Below are positions 48,281 to 59,160 of a DNA stretch of 64,000 bases, piece after piece (within the stretch, counting starts at the first letter, position 1; each line of letters starts with the position of its first letter). The DNA comes from Macrostomum hystrix (Eukaryota > Animalia > Platyhelminthes): contig CATNEN010000025.1 of NCBI GenBank assembly GCA_950097015.1, forward strand, positions 558,001 through 622,000, given 5' to 3'. A program made the translations under genes and the position numbers. The notes beneath the pieces are model-generated. The model searched no databases and was not told where the DNA came from. It saw nothing but the letters and a program-made list of their open reading frames with translations.

Positions 48281-51200
48281 ATGGTAAAGAAAAAGAAGGG
48301 CGGCGGCAAGAAGTCCAAGAAGTCGTCGCGCGCGCAGTCTGGCGCCGCCGGTTCGGCTGGGGCTGGCGCCAAAACAGCCCCTGTGCTGCCAGATAAGCGC
48401 GATCAGGAGGCCAAGCTGCGTCAGCTGAAGGATCTTCAAAGGCGAGTCAGTGGACTGCAGAAGCGATGCGATGAGCTGGAGCTACTGAACGATCAGCTGA
48501 AGAGCAAACGCGTCACGGTCTCTGGCGACATGGAGGAGATTACCGACTACCTGCGCGGCCGGGTCAGCGAGAAGACCAACACCTGCGCCGAGCTGCAGGA
48601 TGATCTGCGCTCTCTACAGGAGGCCTACGAGAAGGATCAGAAGTCATACGAGGAGAAAATGGAGAAGCAGAAGAAGGAGTTCCACGACACCAAGGAGCAG
48701 CTGGAGCAGGACGGCTTCACACTGCGTGAGTCTGAGTCTGCGTGAGAAGTGTTCAAATCATTTCTGATCCTACTTAACCTTGATAAAACCCATCAAACAG
48801 AGAGCAAGCTAACCACGCTGGACGAGTACCGCATCCAGAAGGAGGAGATGAACGAGAAATTCCAAGAGATGGACGAAAAGATGAAGCGGCAGCACGAGAT
48901 CCACAAGGAGGAGATCTACCTGCTGGAGCGCGAGACAGTCGTCCAGAAGGACTCCCTGCGCAAGGAGATGATCGAGAAGGTGAACGACGTGGCTGGCGAG
49001 TTTCGCAAAGTGTCCAATAGGCAGATGGCGGAGACAACGCGCAAGACCATCGAGGAGAACGCGGCCCTGAACCGGCAGCTGGGCGTACTCAGCGAGAAGA
49101 TCACCCGCCTCATCGAGGAGAACGACAGTGTCAAGGCCAAGGAGAAGGAGCAACAGCGCGAGATCGAGGTTCTGGAGGCCATCGAAAAAGAGATGTTAGC
49201 CAAGACGGCCAGTTCGTTAAAGGTAAATTCCAATTGAAATTCAAGCTTTGGTATAAGAAAGTTTCATTAAAAAGACGCAAAGCTATTTGTATTTTCTTAA
49301 AACTAAAAAACATCAACAAGATTGCAATAAACTAGCGACTTGGCAACTTAAACAAAAACGAACTTTGAGTAAAACAGTTTGAAATAAAAAGCTACACTGG
49401 GAATGAAATTACGAGTACTATTTTGCATATTCAGTGCGGAAGAGGTTAGCGTGTGCTAGGGGTGAGAAAATAAAACTGGACTGGCCAATCAGATCAGACA
49501 TAGAGTGAATTCGGCGTGGGGTGGGTGTGCGCACATTAGATAGAAAGTAAATGACACAGAAAAAAGTTATAAAACAAATCGCTCAATTAAATGAAGCATA
49601 TACTGTATAACCGCACTCGCTGTACTGTACTTAGTTTTCGTACATTTGCAAATGCGCGGTAATGTGATCGATAAGTAGAGCTTTGTACTTTCAGTTCCTA
49701 GTTCTTATTCTCCTTAGCTTCGCCGCTTGCTCCATCCGGCATCAGTGCCTTAACCAGCTCCTGATTGGCTGAGCCCAGCTCCTGCTGGCTGAAGTTGAAC
49801 AGCGGCGGCAGCTCGCTGGACGACCATTTGCGTCGTAGCTCGTCAAAGAACGGGTGGGCCAGCGCGCAAAGGGGAGGCAGCCTGGCGGCGGGCTGGTAGG
49901 CCAGCAGGCGGCACAGCAGGTCCAGCAGCTCCGGCGGGGTGCCAGCAGGGAAGCTCAACTGGGGAAGCGGCGCCACTTGGGGATAGTTGAATTTCTCATA
50001 GATCGGATTCATGGCCTGCAGATCGCGCTTGGACGGGGTGCCCAGTACGCGGATGATGGCCACCAGCTGGTCCAGCGAGTTGCTGGCCATGAACAGGCAG
50101 TAGCCGATGCACAGCTCGGCCAAGACGCAGCCGGCAGACCACAGGTCGATAGCGCAGGTGTAGCTGGTGGAGCCGAACAGAAGCTCTGGAGCGCGGTAGT
50201 ATCTCGAGCTGATGTAGGCCACGCCGCTGACACCGCTGCCGCCGCCACCGGCGCCGTTCTCGGAGCTTCCGGAAGCTTCTCCCGGCAGTGGCAGCTCTTT
50301 GGCGGAGCCGAAATCGCACAGTCGCAGCTGACAGTTGGACTCGTTCACCAGGATGTTGGGACTCTTGATGTCTCTGTTTAGAGTGAAGGCATTTAGTCTG
50401 GCATGACAGCACATGATTGAAGTAATCAAGCAACTAACAGGATCTCCTGATCTCCCACTTGGTCGGCTTGCTGAACAGTCGAAAGACCACGCTATTTTTC
50501 CCCTGGGGAAAGGCAATTTAAATAACCCCCCTACCTAACCCTAACCCTAACCCTAACCCCCCTTTAGTGGGTATTTAAAACACTGCTCCCGACTGCTCCC
50601 AAACCGAATGACCGATTTTCGAGAAAGTCCACCATTTGGATCAAAATTTTCCGCCATTTGCGATAAACTAACTTTCAAAGCAGTTTGAGTCAGCGTCGTC
50701 GAGATATTCAGCGAATCTTGTCAAAGACCCTCGTGATAAGGACAAATAACATTGCTCTCTATAAACCTCTATGGCGTATCCATATTAGTAAAATATGTAA
50801 TTAAAATTGAATCAATCCAAAATGTTTACAGGATGAAATTTTGTGAGCAGAAAATTTTTGCCTATATCATAAACCCCGACGATAATCGTTGAATATCTCG
50901 ACGATGCCAATGTTACAGAATGTTACAATGTTACGGAGACACAGAAAAATGTGGGCATTTGAAATACCTTCGTGGTCTTTCTACCTGTGGCAGATGCGGT
51001 GCGAGTGCATGAAGTTGATGGCGCGCAGAAGCTGGTAGGTAAATATCTTTACTCGCAGAATGGAAGGCAGAATGCCTGCCTTGCGGTGCCTGGCCAGCAG
51101 ATCCAACAGGCTCTCCGGTAATATTTCGGTCACCAGGTGCAGGTAGATCTCACCCGGCTGTCGGCTACCGTGACAGAAGTAGTGGTACCTAAGGCGGACC

Positions 51201-53751
51201 AGGTTCTCGTGGGCGCCCAGCGAGTAGAGGGTGCTCAATTCGCGGTTCTTGTAACGCGGATCCTGCAGCACCCGCTTGATGGCAACGTGTTCGCCAGTGT
51301 CCTTAAGGCGGCCTCGATAAACTGAGCCGAACGTGCCCGAGCCGATGGGACCCTGGGATGCAAAGAAACAGATGGGAAAATAGGGGATGTCTACGCAGAT
51401 CCCAACCAAGGCCTGTTCTAACCTGAAAGACGGTCAGTTCAATCTGCTGAAAACTGCTCCGTTTGATAGCCTCAAAGGCAGGACAAGCCAGCACTGACAC
51501 GCGCAGCGGCTTCAGCTGACGACCATCTTTGCCACCGGTGGCATTGCTGCGGTTCTTGTCTCCGTAGTCTAGATCGGCTGCGCTGCCGCTGTTGCGACTA
51601 ATTACCGACATGGTTCCTGTATCGCGATCCGCCAACCAACTGACTCTCCTTATCTAATCAGTCCATGCGAATTTCATCTAGACTTATAAGGACTACTGTC
51701 GTGTTTTTTTAGGGGTGGAGCTCGTGGGGGGCAGAGGTTTTGGACACCTGCACTCTTCAGTCGGTGCACATTAGTCAGTATGTACAAACTTTTCTACCAC
51801 CTGCGACAACACTCCCTCCAGCTAATAATGTAGGCTGGTCCTTCGATTGGAGGAGCTGAAACGTATTTGAAAGACTCGTTTTTGGTGTACATCTTTGTGT
51901 TGCTTAAATGAATGGTCATAAAAAAGAATGTACAATCGTGTGCTTTGGCATCGTTTGATGCTAGTGTCAACAAGCATTTACCATCTAGATCTGGCACTAG
52001 CACCGAACCAATGCCCCCTTTAGCAGCGAACCAATGCCCCCTTTAGCAGCGAACCAATGCCCCCTTTAGCAGCGAACCAATGCCCCCTTTAGCAGCGAAC
52101 CAATGCCCCCTTTAGCAGCGAACCAATGCCCCCTTTAGCAGCGAACCAATGCCCCCTTTAGCAGCGAACCAATGCCCCCTTTAGCAGCGAACCAATGCCC
52201 CCTTTAGCAGCGAACCAATGCCCCCTTTAGCAGAGAACCAATGCCCCCTTTAGCAGAGAACCAATGCCCCCTTTAGCAGAGAACCCATGTCCCCTTTAGC
52301 AGCGAACCAATGCCCCCTTTAGCAGAGAACCCATGTCCCCTTTAGCAGAGAACCAAAGATCCCCTTTAAGTCACAACATTGGGATTCTGAAAGATTCTAG
52401 CCGCAGCTTATGGATCCGGGAAGATTCATGGAAATATTTTTTTATTTAAATTTTATAGGCAGGCCTAGCCGTTTTTGCTAGCAGTCATGACGCAATCATT
52501 AATGGAGTAGGCATTCAGGCAGCAAATACTTAAGTATTGCTTGACTTCGCATTGAAAGCATTCGGAGAACTCGGCCTTTTTATATTTGATCCATTTAGAA
52601 AAAAGCAATATCTTAGAAAAATCACGAGTACATGCAACGGCGCGCCATCCATGCGCACCCATCACAACAAAACCACCGAAAATCGGTTCAGCCATTCAGC
52701 AGTTATATCGAATTTCGTATAGGTAGGTAGGCAGGTAGGTAGGTAGGTAGTTGTCAGTTAAAGTATATTGGAATAAAGCTGGCGTGGAATAAAGCAGTTC
52801 TGTGCGGCAATTCTGTGGGGTTTGGATGCTGCCGATATGTTTGGAAAAAATAAATTCCATTGCTGACACGCGGCTGTCAACCGGTGTCCGAGAGAGCCGA
52901 GAGTACAATAGGTGTGCAGTCTCCACCTGCTAGTGTGCTTGACACACAACACCTGCACTGGCCCTTGGGTCTAGTGTCAAATTATTATTATTTATATTGG
53001 AAAGGTGCTTATAACCCAGTCGCCCTGACTATCGCAGACTATCCGCGGTCTCGCCGACTCCTGCCGCGACCGCGACACCCAGCTGATCGACATGGAGGAG
53101 CGCGCCGAAGCCGCCGACTCCGTGCAGTCGGAGCGGAACCTCCTTGGCGCTCAGGCAGACTCGCAGTCCCAGGAGCTCGTCGCGATGCGCCAGGAGACCG
53201 CCAACCAGGCTGCTGAGCTCTCCCGCCTGGCGGAGGTGTCTCGACAGACGGCGCGCATTCATCGGCGATTTCAGCGGCTGCTGCGCCAATCGGAGCGCGC
53301 CGTGTCCGATGCGTTCACGACTCTGACGCCTGACGAGGAGATGACAGAGGCCGAGGCGGTAATTCTGCGGCGCAAGATGCTGGTGAGCCTGCTGGAGCTG
53401 CTGCACATGGCGGCCAGGGTCGGTCTCGGCCCGGAACCTGCCAGCCTCGGCCGAGCTGGTCGGCCAGACACAGTCGAACGGAAGCCGCGTCTCGGCGCGT
53501 CCTCCTCGTCAGCTGCGCTATCATCGGCTGGCAAGCGCGGCAGCGGAGGCCTCGTCAGCGAGCGGCTGAGCGAACTGGGCTTGGCGCCGGTTCCCGCGGG
53601 AGGCAAGCGAAGCGGCGGTGGAGGAGCTGCCGGCGTGTCGGCCCGCTCCGAGTTCATGGCGGAGAAGCTGGCCGCGCAACTGCCACCAGGAGGCCTCCTG
53701 GAGCCGCTGATTCTGCGCCGCGGCCGCCCCGTGCCGGCTGGCATCTTCTGA
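48281..53751 (+). CDS. CFAP157: Cilia- and flagella-associated coiled-coil protein CFAP157-like, 3 exons
   Basis: Exons 48281-48725 (c|GTGAGT), 48801-49222 (aag|GTAAAT) and 53038-53751 (after atcgcag); frames join. SKLTTLDEYRIQKEEM...DSLRKEMIEKVNDVAGEFRKVSNRQMAETTRKTIEEN resembles CFAP157 as I recall it (KLAALEEFRLQKEE...[21 protein letters not shown]...ETTKRAIKEN). Confidence 0.82.
49698..51611 (-). CDS. GSK3: GSK3/shaggy-like CMGC kinase, 3 exons, nested antisense in CFAP157 intron 2
   Basis: Exons 51611-51423, 51352-50985 and 50373-49698 with GT-AG joins (VFQ|GPIGSGTFG; CHR|DIK). Motifs GSGTFG, VAIKRVLQDPRYKNREL, HRDIK, DFGSAK, YISSRYYRAPELLFG, DLWSAGCVLAEL, AHPFFDELR. Confidence 0.9.
50490..50905. 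mobile_element. Dispersed repeat family B copy with an interstitial (CCTAAC)4 tract and internal inverted repeat, in GSK3 intron 2
   Basis: 50490-50755 aligns with 53965-54185; CCTAAC x4 at 50534-50557; CGTCGAGATATTCA (50697) is inverted at 50890. Confidence 0.7.
52004..52368. repeat. 23-bp minisatellite (GCGAACCAATGCCCCCTTTAGCA)n upstream of the nested kinase
   Basis: About 15 units, most containing AACCAATG. Confidence 0.96.
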
Positions 53752-53964
53752 TCGAGGCCACTGGAGACGGCCGAGATTGCTGAGCAGACTGTGCAGACTC
53801 CTTTGCTTTGCGGCATTGTGTTACTCATTTCAGATGTATTTTTTCTTGGATGTGCGAATAAACTAAATCCCTTTTATACGTTTTATCTGTTTTGCTAGTA
53901 TCACTACCGGGTGAAAACTTCTGGTTTGAATTAGCTCTGTCCGTTGACGGTAAACAGAACACGC

Positions 53965-54185
53965 TGTTTTTTTCCACTGGGGAAAGTCCACGGGGATATT
54001 TCAAATACCCACTGCATACTTCACAAAGGCTCCCAAGCTGAATGACCGATTTTCGTGAAAGTCCACCAATTGGATCTAAATTTTCTGCCATTTACGACGA
54101 ACTGACTTTCAAAGCCGTCCGACGTCAGCATCGTCGAGATATTCAGCGATTCTTCTCGAGGACCCTGGTGACAAGTACAACAAAC
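53965..54185 (+). mobile_element. Dispersed repeat family B, second copy (no telomere-like tract)
   Basis: GAATGACCGATTTTCG.GAAAGTCCACCA.TTGGATC.AAATTTT and CGTCGAGATATTCAGCGA shared with the 50490 copy. Confidence 0.75.
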
Positions 54186-54449
54186 ATCACTTTGTTAAAT
54201 TTTAACTAACCGTTTGCTATCACCGCCTGCCTGTGTTAATAAACTGTCCTCACTACAACTTGAGCCCTGCACACAGCTCTGCTCTGTGCGCCTGATATAA
54301 AAAATATCTGTTTTGTTAAATATCCAAAAGCACGAGGCTGTGTTATGAGTATTTTCATTTTGGTAATGAATTTCAGTTGCACGCCAATGTGTTTGACATT
54401 CAGACGCCAGCGAGAAGGAAGTCAAAAACGAGAAGCTAATAATAGGAAA

Positions 54450-55544
54450 CTACTCATTGCCATCGAAAAAATTAGTGTTAATCAAATAGTGCTCGTAGCA
54501 GCAGGCGCGCTCAACTCCTGAGCGTCCTTCGGAGAACATAGAGTGCGGATTCCTGTGCCAGTTCCATGCTCGGTAACCCAGCTGGAACAGGCTTCGCCAG
54601 GTGCTAATGAACTGTGAGTAGTCGGACTCTCTGCCCTGCACCAGCCCGGTGTGCGACTCGAACAGCAGCTGCTTCACCCGGCTCAGACAGCCGTCCGCGA
54701 TGGCTCTGCCCAGACTGTCCCACTCCCAGTACTCAATGTCCATTTTCACAATGTCCACCGTTTTATTTCCGTAGCCGAGGTCTTCTAGCAGGCCGCACAA
54801 AGTCCGCATCTTCCAACCGTTCGGCTGCTCGCCGTCCCTCCCTGACAGGCCGGTCCGGTGGAACCAGGAGGTTTGTTTCCGCTGATGATCCGACAGCTCC
54901 ATGCTCGGGTCGAACATGTGCACCCTGCAGCCGAACTGCTCAGCCAGTGTATCGTCGTAGCTCCACACATTGTTTATGCCGAAAGAGAAGGCCACGCACG
55001 GTCTGGATTGGGTCATGTCGAACGGCTCGCTGATGCAGACGTCCCAGCCGCCGTCGCTTGAGTCTCCAATGCGGACACTCTTTGGACACGCGATGTGCTG
55101 CTGCTCAGCGAGGCTAAAGTACAGGTTCTCAAGCTCGACATCCGACAAGCTGCTCAGATTTGTCCTGTAGAGCTTCTCGATGTTTACTGACTCGTATGTT
55201 ATTGGAAAGTTACTCTGGCTGGTACTTGCGCCAGGTTTCGACGATACGGACTCTGCAAGTACTGCGGGATGTTTAATTGGCTTCTTGAAGTGATTATACG
55301 GCAAGGAAGCAGCAGGTGCTTGTCCGTGCGAGTTCTCGATGCGACTACCTGGTATTGGCGCCCTCAACGCGAAGCTAGAATGAGCGGCTTTTGTTAGCCA
55401 GCGCCCGAGTAAATCTTCAGTTGGTAGCAGACTCTGCTGTGCAAGTTTTTCTGTCTTCTTCCTGTCATTTCGCTGCATGACTGCCGTAACAAACAGCAGC
55501 GCAGCCAGGGCTCCGACCGCGAACAGAACTCGGTAGCGGTGCAT
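54450..55544 (-). CDS. METTL24: METTL24-like (Methyltransf_22/FkbM-type) type II membrane protein, intronless
   Basis: Probable start MHRYRVLFAVGALAALLFVTAV (signal anchor); motifs RIGDSSDGGWDVC, FSFGINNVWSYD, CRVHMFDPSM, VDIVKMDIEYWEW, QLLFESH, CCYE. The frame stays open upstream to 55691. Confidence 0.82.
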   Translation of the reverse strand: MHRYRVLFAVGALAALLFVTAVMQRNDRKKTEKLAQQSLLPTEDLLGRWLTKAAHSSFALRAPIPGSRIENSHGQAPAASLPYNHFKKPIKHPAVLAESVSSKPGASTSQSNFPITYESVNIEKLYRTNLSSLSDVELENLYFSLAEQQHIACPKSVRIGDSSDGGWDVCISEPFDMTQSRPCVAFSFGINNVWSYDDTLAEQFGCRVHMFDPSMELSDHQRKQTSWFHRTGLSGRDGEQPNGWKMRTLCGLLEDLGYGNKTVDIVKMDIEYWEWDSLGRAIADGCLSRVKQLLFESHTGLVQGRESDYSQFISTWRSLFQLGYRAWNWHRNPHSMFSEGRSGVERACCYEHYLINTNFFDGNE

Positions 55545-55774
55545 TAAAGCAAATGGAGGCAAAAAGGAATTGTCTTCTGCTAGGCCTCCGAATCTAAGTC
55601 GACCGTTGACTGAGTCAATTATGAACGAGGAGACCCGTGCTTGGGTGAGCCGACCAACCAAACTCTCAACTTTCTTTCGACCAATCCTCATGAGATCAAG
55701 TGCTTTTTACTCCAGAAACAGAACACACGGAAGCTTGCTTAGAACTAGCAAAAAACTATTCCAAGGATAATTCC

Positions 55775-56155
55775 TGCTACGATTCCACAAAAAAGTCCAG
55801 CTACAATTCCACCAATAACTCCAGCTACGATTCCACCAATAACTCCAGCTACGATTCCACCAATAACTCCAGCTCTGATTCCACCGATAACTTCAGCTAT
55901 GATTCCACCAATAACTCCAGCTCCGATTCCACCAATAACTCCAGCTATGATTCCACCAATAACTCCAGCTCCGATTCCACCAATAACTCCAGCTCCGATT
56001 CCACCAATAACTCCAGCTCCGATTCCACCAATAACTTCAGCTATGATTCCACCGATAACTCCAGCTCCGATTCCACCAATAACTCCAGCTCTGATTCCAC
56101 CGATAACTCCAGCTCTGATTCCACCAATAACTCCAGCTCTGATTCCACCAATAAC
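55775..56155. repeat. 24-bp minisatellite (GATTCCACCAATAACTCCAGCTNN)n
   Basis: About 15 units upstream of the METTL24-like gene. Confidence 0.95.
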
Positions 56156-56621
56156 TAATGCAACTACTTCAACTACATTCCTTCTGTAACCAGTTGTGGT
56201 TTCAGAAGAATTTATTACGTACATCAGCTACGCTGCTTGGATATATAACAAGAAGCAAAAAATCCACAGAAAAGTTAACCAAGGTTTGCCAGAGTTTCTA
56301 GGGCCTATTGAGTCCTACTGCTCGTTGTGCTCAAACTGATAGCGATATTGAATTCTGTTTGCCAATAAATAAATAGAATTTAATGGACTGGTAAAGGAGT
56401 TCTCTGTTTAAAAAATTTGCCTATCAACCAAAACAGGACTCTCTTATGGCGAACCGACTGCACACAGCTGATCCGAATCCATTAGCTTGGCTAGAAGGCA
56501 ACTGAGCAAGCAAACTGACCCGCTCTACAACAATTAGAAAGCGATATGCAGCTGTTTAGCTGAATTTTAAGCTTTTTAGTCAATTTATACACTTCAGTAA
56601 AACTAATTCAGGCATACTTCG

Positions 56622-57862
56622 ACTCTTGCTGTGGTTCCTGCTACGATTCTTGCTGTGGTTCCTGCTGCGATTCTTGCTGTGGTTCCTGCTACGATTCTTG
56701 CTGTGGTTCCTGCTGCGATTCTAACTGTGGTTCCTGCTGCGATTCTAACTGTGGTTCCTGCTGCGATTCTAACTGTGGTTCCTGTTGCGATTCTAACTGT
56801 GGTTCCTGCTGCGATTCTAGCTGTAGTTCCTGCTACGATTCTAGCCGTGGTTCTTGCTGCGATTCTAGCTGTAGTTCCTGCTGCGATTCTAGCTGTAGTT
56901 CCTGCTGTGATTCTAGCTGTGGTTCCTGCTACGATTCTAGCTGTAGTTCCTGCTGCGATTCTTGCTGTGGTTCCTGCTACGATTCTAGCTGTGGTTCCTG
57001 CTACGATTCTAGCTGTAGTTCCTGCTGCGATTCTAGCCGTGGTTCTTGCTGCGATTCTAGCCGTGGTTCTTGCTGCGATTCTAGCTGTGGTTCCTGCTAC
57101 GATTCTTGCTGTAGTTCCTGCTGTGATTCTAGCTGTGGTTCCTGCTACGATTCTAGCTGTGGTTCCTGCTGCGATTCTAGCTGTAGTTCCTGCTGCGATT
57201 CTAGCCGTGGTTCTTGCTGCGATTCTAGCTGTGGTTCCTGCTGCGATTCTAGCTGTGGTTCCTGCTGTGATTCTAGCTGTAGTTCCTGCTGTGATTCTAG
57301 CTGTAGTTCCTGCTGCGATTCTAGCTGTGGTTCCTGCTGCGATTCTAGCTGTGGTTCCTGCTACGATTCTAGCCGTGGTTCCTGCTGCGATTCTTGCTGT
57401 GGTTCCTGCTACGATTCTAGCTGTGGTTCCTGCTACGATTCTAGCTGTAGTTCCTGCTGCGATTCTAGCCGTGGTTCTTGCTGCGATTCTAGCCGTGGTT
57501 CTTGCTGCGATTCTAGCTGTGGTTCCTGCTACGATTCTTGCTGTAGTTCCTGCTGTGATTCTAGCTGTGGTTCCTGCTACGATTCTAGCTGTGGTTCCTG
57601 CTGCGATTCTAGCTGTAGTTCCTGCTGCGATTCTAGCCGTGGTTCTTGCTGCGATTCTAGCTGTGGTTCCTGCTGCGATTCTAGCTGTGGTTCCTGCTGT
57701 GATTCTAGCTGTAGTTCCTGCTGTGATTCTAGCTGTAGTTCCTGCTGCGATTCTAGCTGTGGTTCCTGCTGCGATTCTAGCTGTGGTTCCTGCTACGATT
57801 CTAGCCGTGGTTCCTGCTGCGATTCTAGCCGTGGTTCCTGCTGCGATTCTAGCTGTGGTTCC
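56622..57862. repeat. 24-bp minisatellite (GATTCTAGCTGTGGTTCCTGCTGC)n, about 51 copies
   Basis: An 18-unit (432 bp) block is duplicated (variant pair at about 57031 and 57463); stop-free frames on both strands are a side effect of the unit sequence. Confidence 0.97.
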
Positions 57863-59160
57863 TAGAAAAATAGTAAGGCAGCCCACAAATGAGAAGAAAT
57901 ATTAGTTTTAACTCGCGCTGAGTCGTATCATCCTTAGGTAATGTAGGAAGCAGATCGACTTAATATAAGAGTAAAAAGGCAATTATTTATTTAAACAAGC
58001 TAAAAACTCGCGTGTTTGTTATAAGACATTTTGGCAATAGTTATAACTAGAATAGCACGTAATAATGTTTAAAGATCGTAAAAATGGCTCTCTCAAGCGA
58101 GAGGCAAGGAAGATAGAACGAAAAATCGAATACGGGTCAATAAACAAACCATTTATACTCATAGTTGCCGCTCATTCTCTCCGAACCAGTAGTGAATGTA
58201 AATAGTGAATGTAATCTCGAAAAATCTAGCAAAATTTGATAACATCTATCTGAATATTCTAGCAAATATGAATACCATATACTAGAATATCCTAGAAAAA
58301 TGAAAAAAACAACAATTGTTATAATACAGGAATAATGAACGCGGTGAGAACAGAATTAAAACACGGCACTGCAGTATTTTAGCACGCATGAGTAACTTTT
58401 GAGCCGGCAAAGAACACTATATAATATTGACCACTGTGGTTTAAACTGTCTCGAATGTGGAGCGAAGTTGAGTTTGGCCATAGACAAAACCAGAATAGAC
58501 CTAAACTCTTATCAGTGTATTTTCAATCCACTATATTTTTAGGGAAATTTCATCCCAGAAGCTAGAGTTTCAGATGGGGTGCTTTTACGAAATTTTACAA
58601 CGTCGAAAACTTTATAGCAAAGGGCTCATATAGCAAACATTTTACCTCCTCATGACAACCTGTATTATTTATGCCATTTCCAATACCAGTTTCTGAAGCA
58701 AACATATTCAATCAACATATATATATATATATATACACACACTAAATTGAAGTACAACTCAAAGCTTTTGTGACAGCTATCGTCCAATGCTGAAAATCGA
58801 AAAAAATATTTTTACATTGTGGCATTTCGACCTTAGTAAGTTTCGAGCCTATGAAGTATCTTGCTAGAGTTTTCGGCGTTGTGAAATTTCGAGTTTGTAA
58901 ACCACCCCTTCAGACTACAGGCCAGGCGGCCGTAGGTCGGGAGTTCGAATCTCAGCCGAAAGAAAACAATTTTTGTGCTTCAACAATTGCTTAACTCTAT
59001 CTTGCTACAGTTCGCACGGCGGAAAGTTAATAGAAAACTGGAAAACTGGTTTGTCCTTAGTTTATTTGTCACAATTTATAGCACCAAAAAGGCCAGACAG
59101 AGCAAAAGGCCAGGCCCGCTTGTAAATTCGTTAACTTAAAAAAATTCTGTACAGATAATT

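Noticed and set aside
55700-57905. Mucin- or antifreeze-like ORFs (DSTNNSS, AGTTARIA, ILAVVPAA; up to 427 aa)
   Set aside because: 24-bp units are multiples of three and stop-free on both strands; there is no signal peptide or unique domain.
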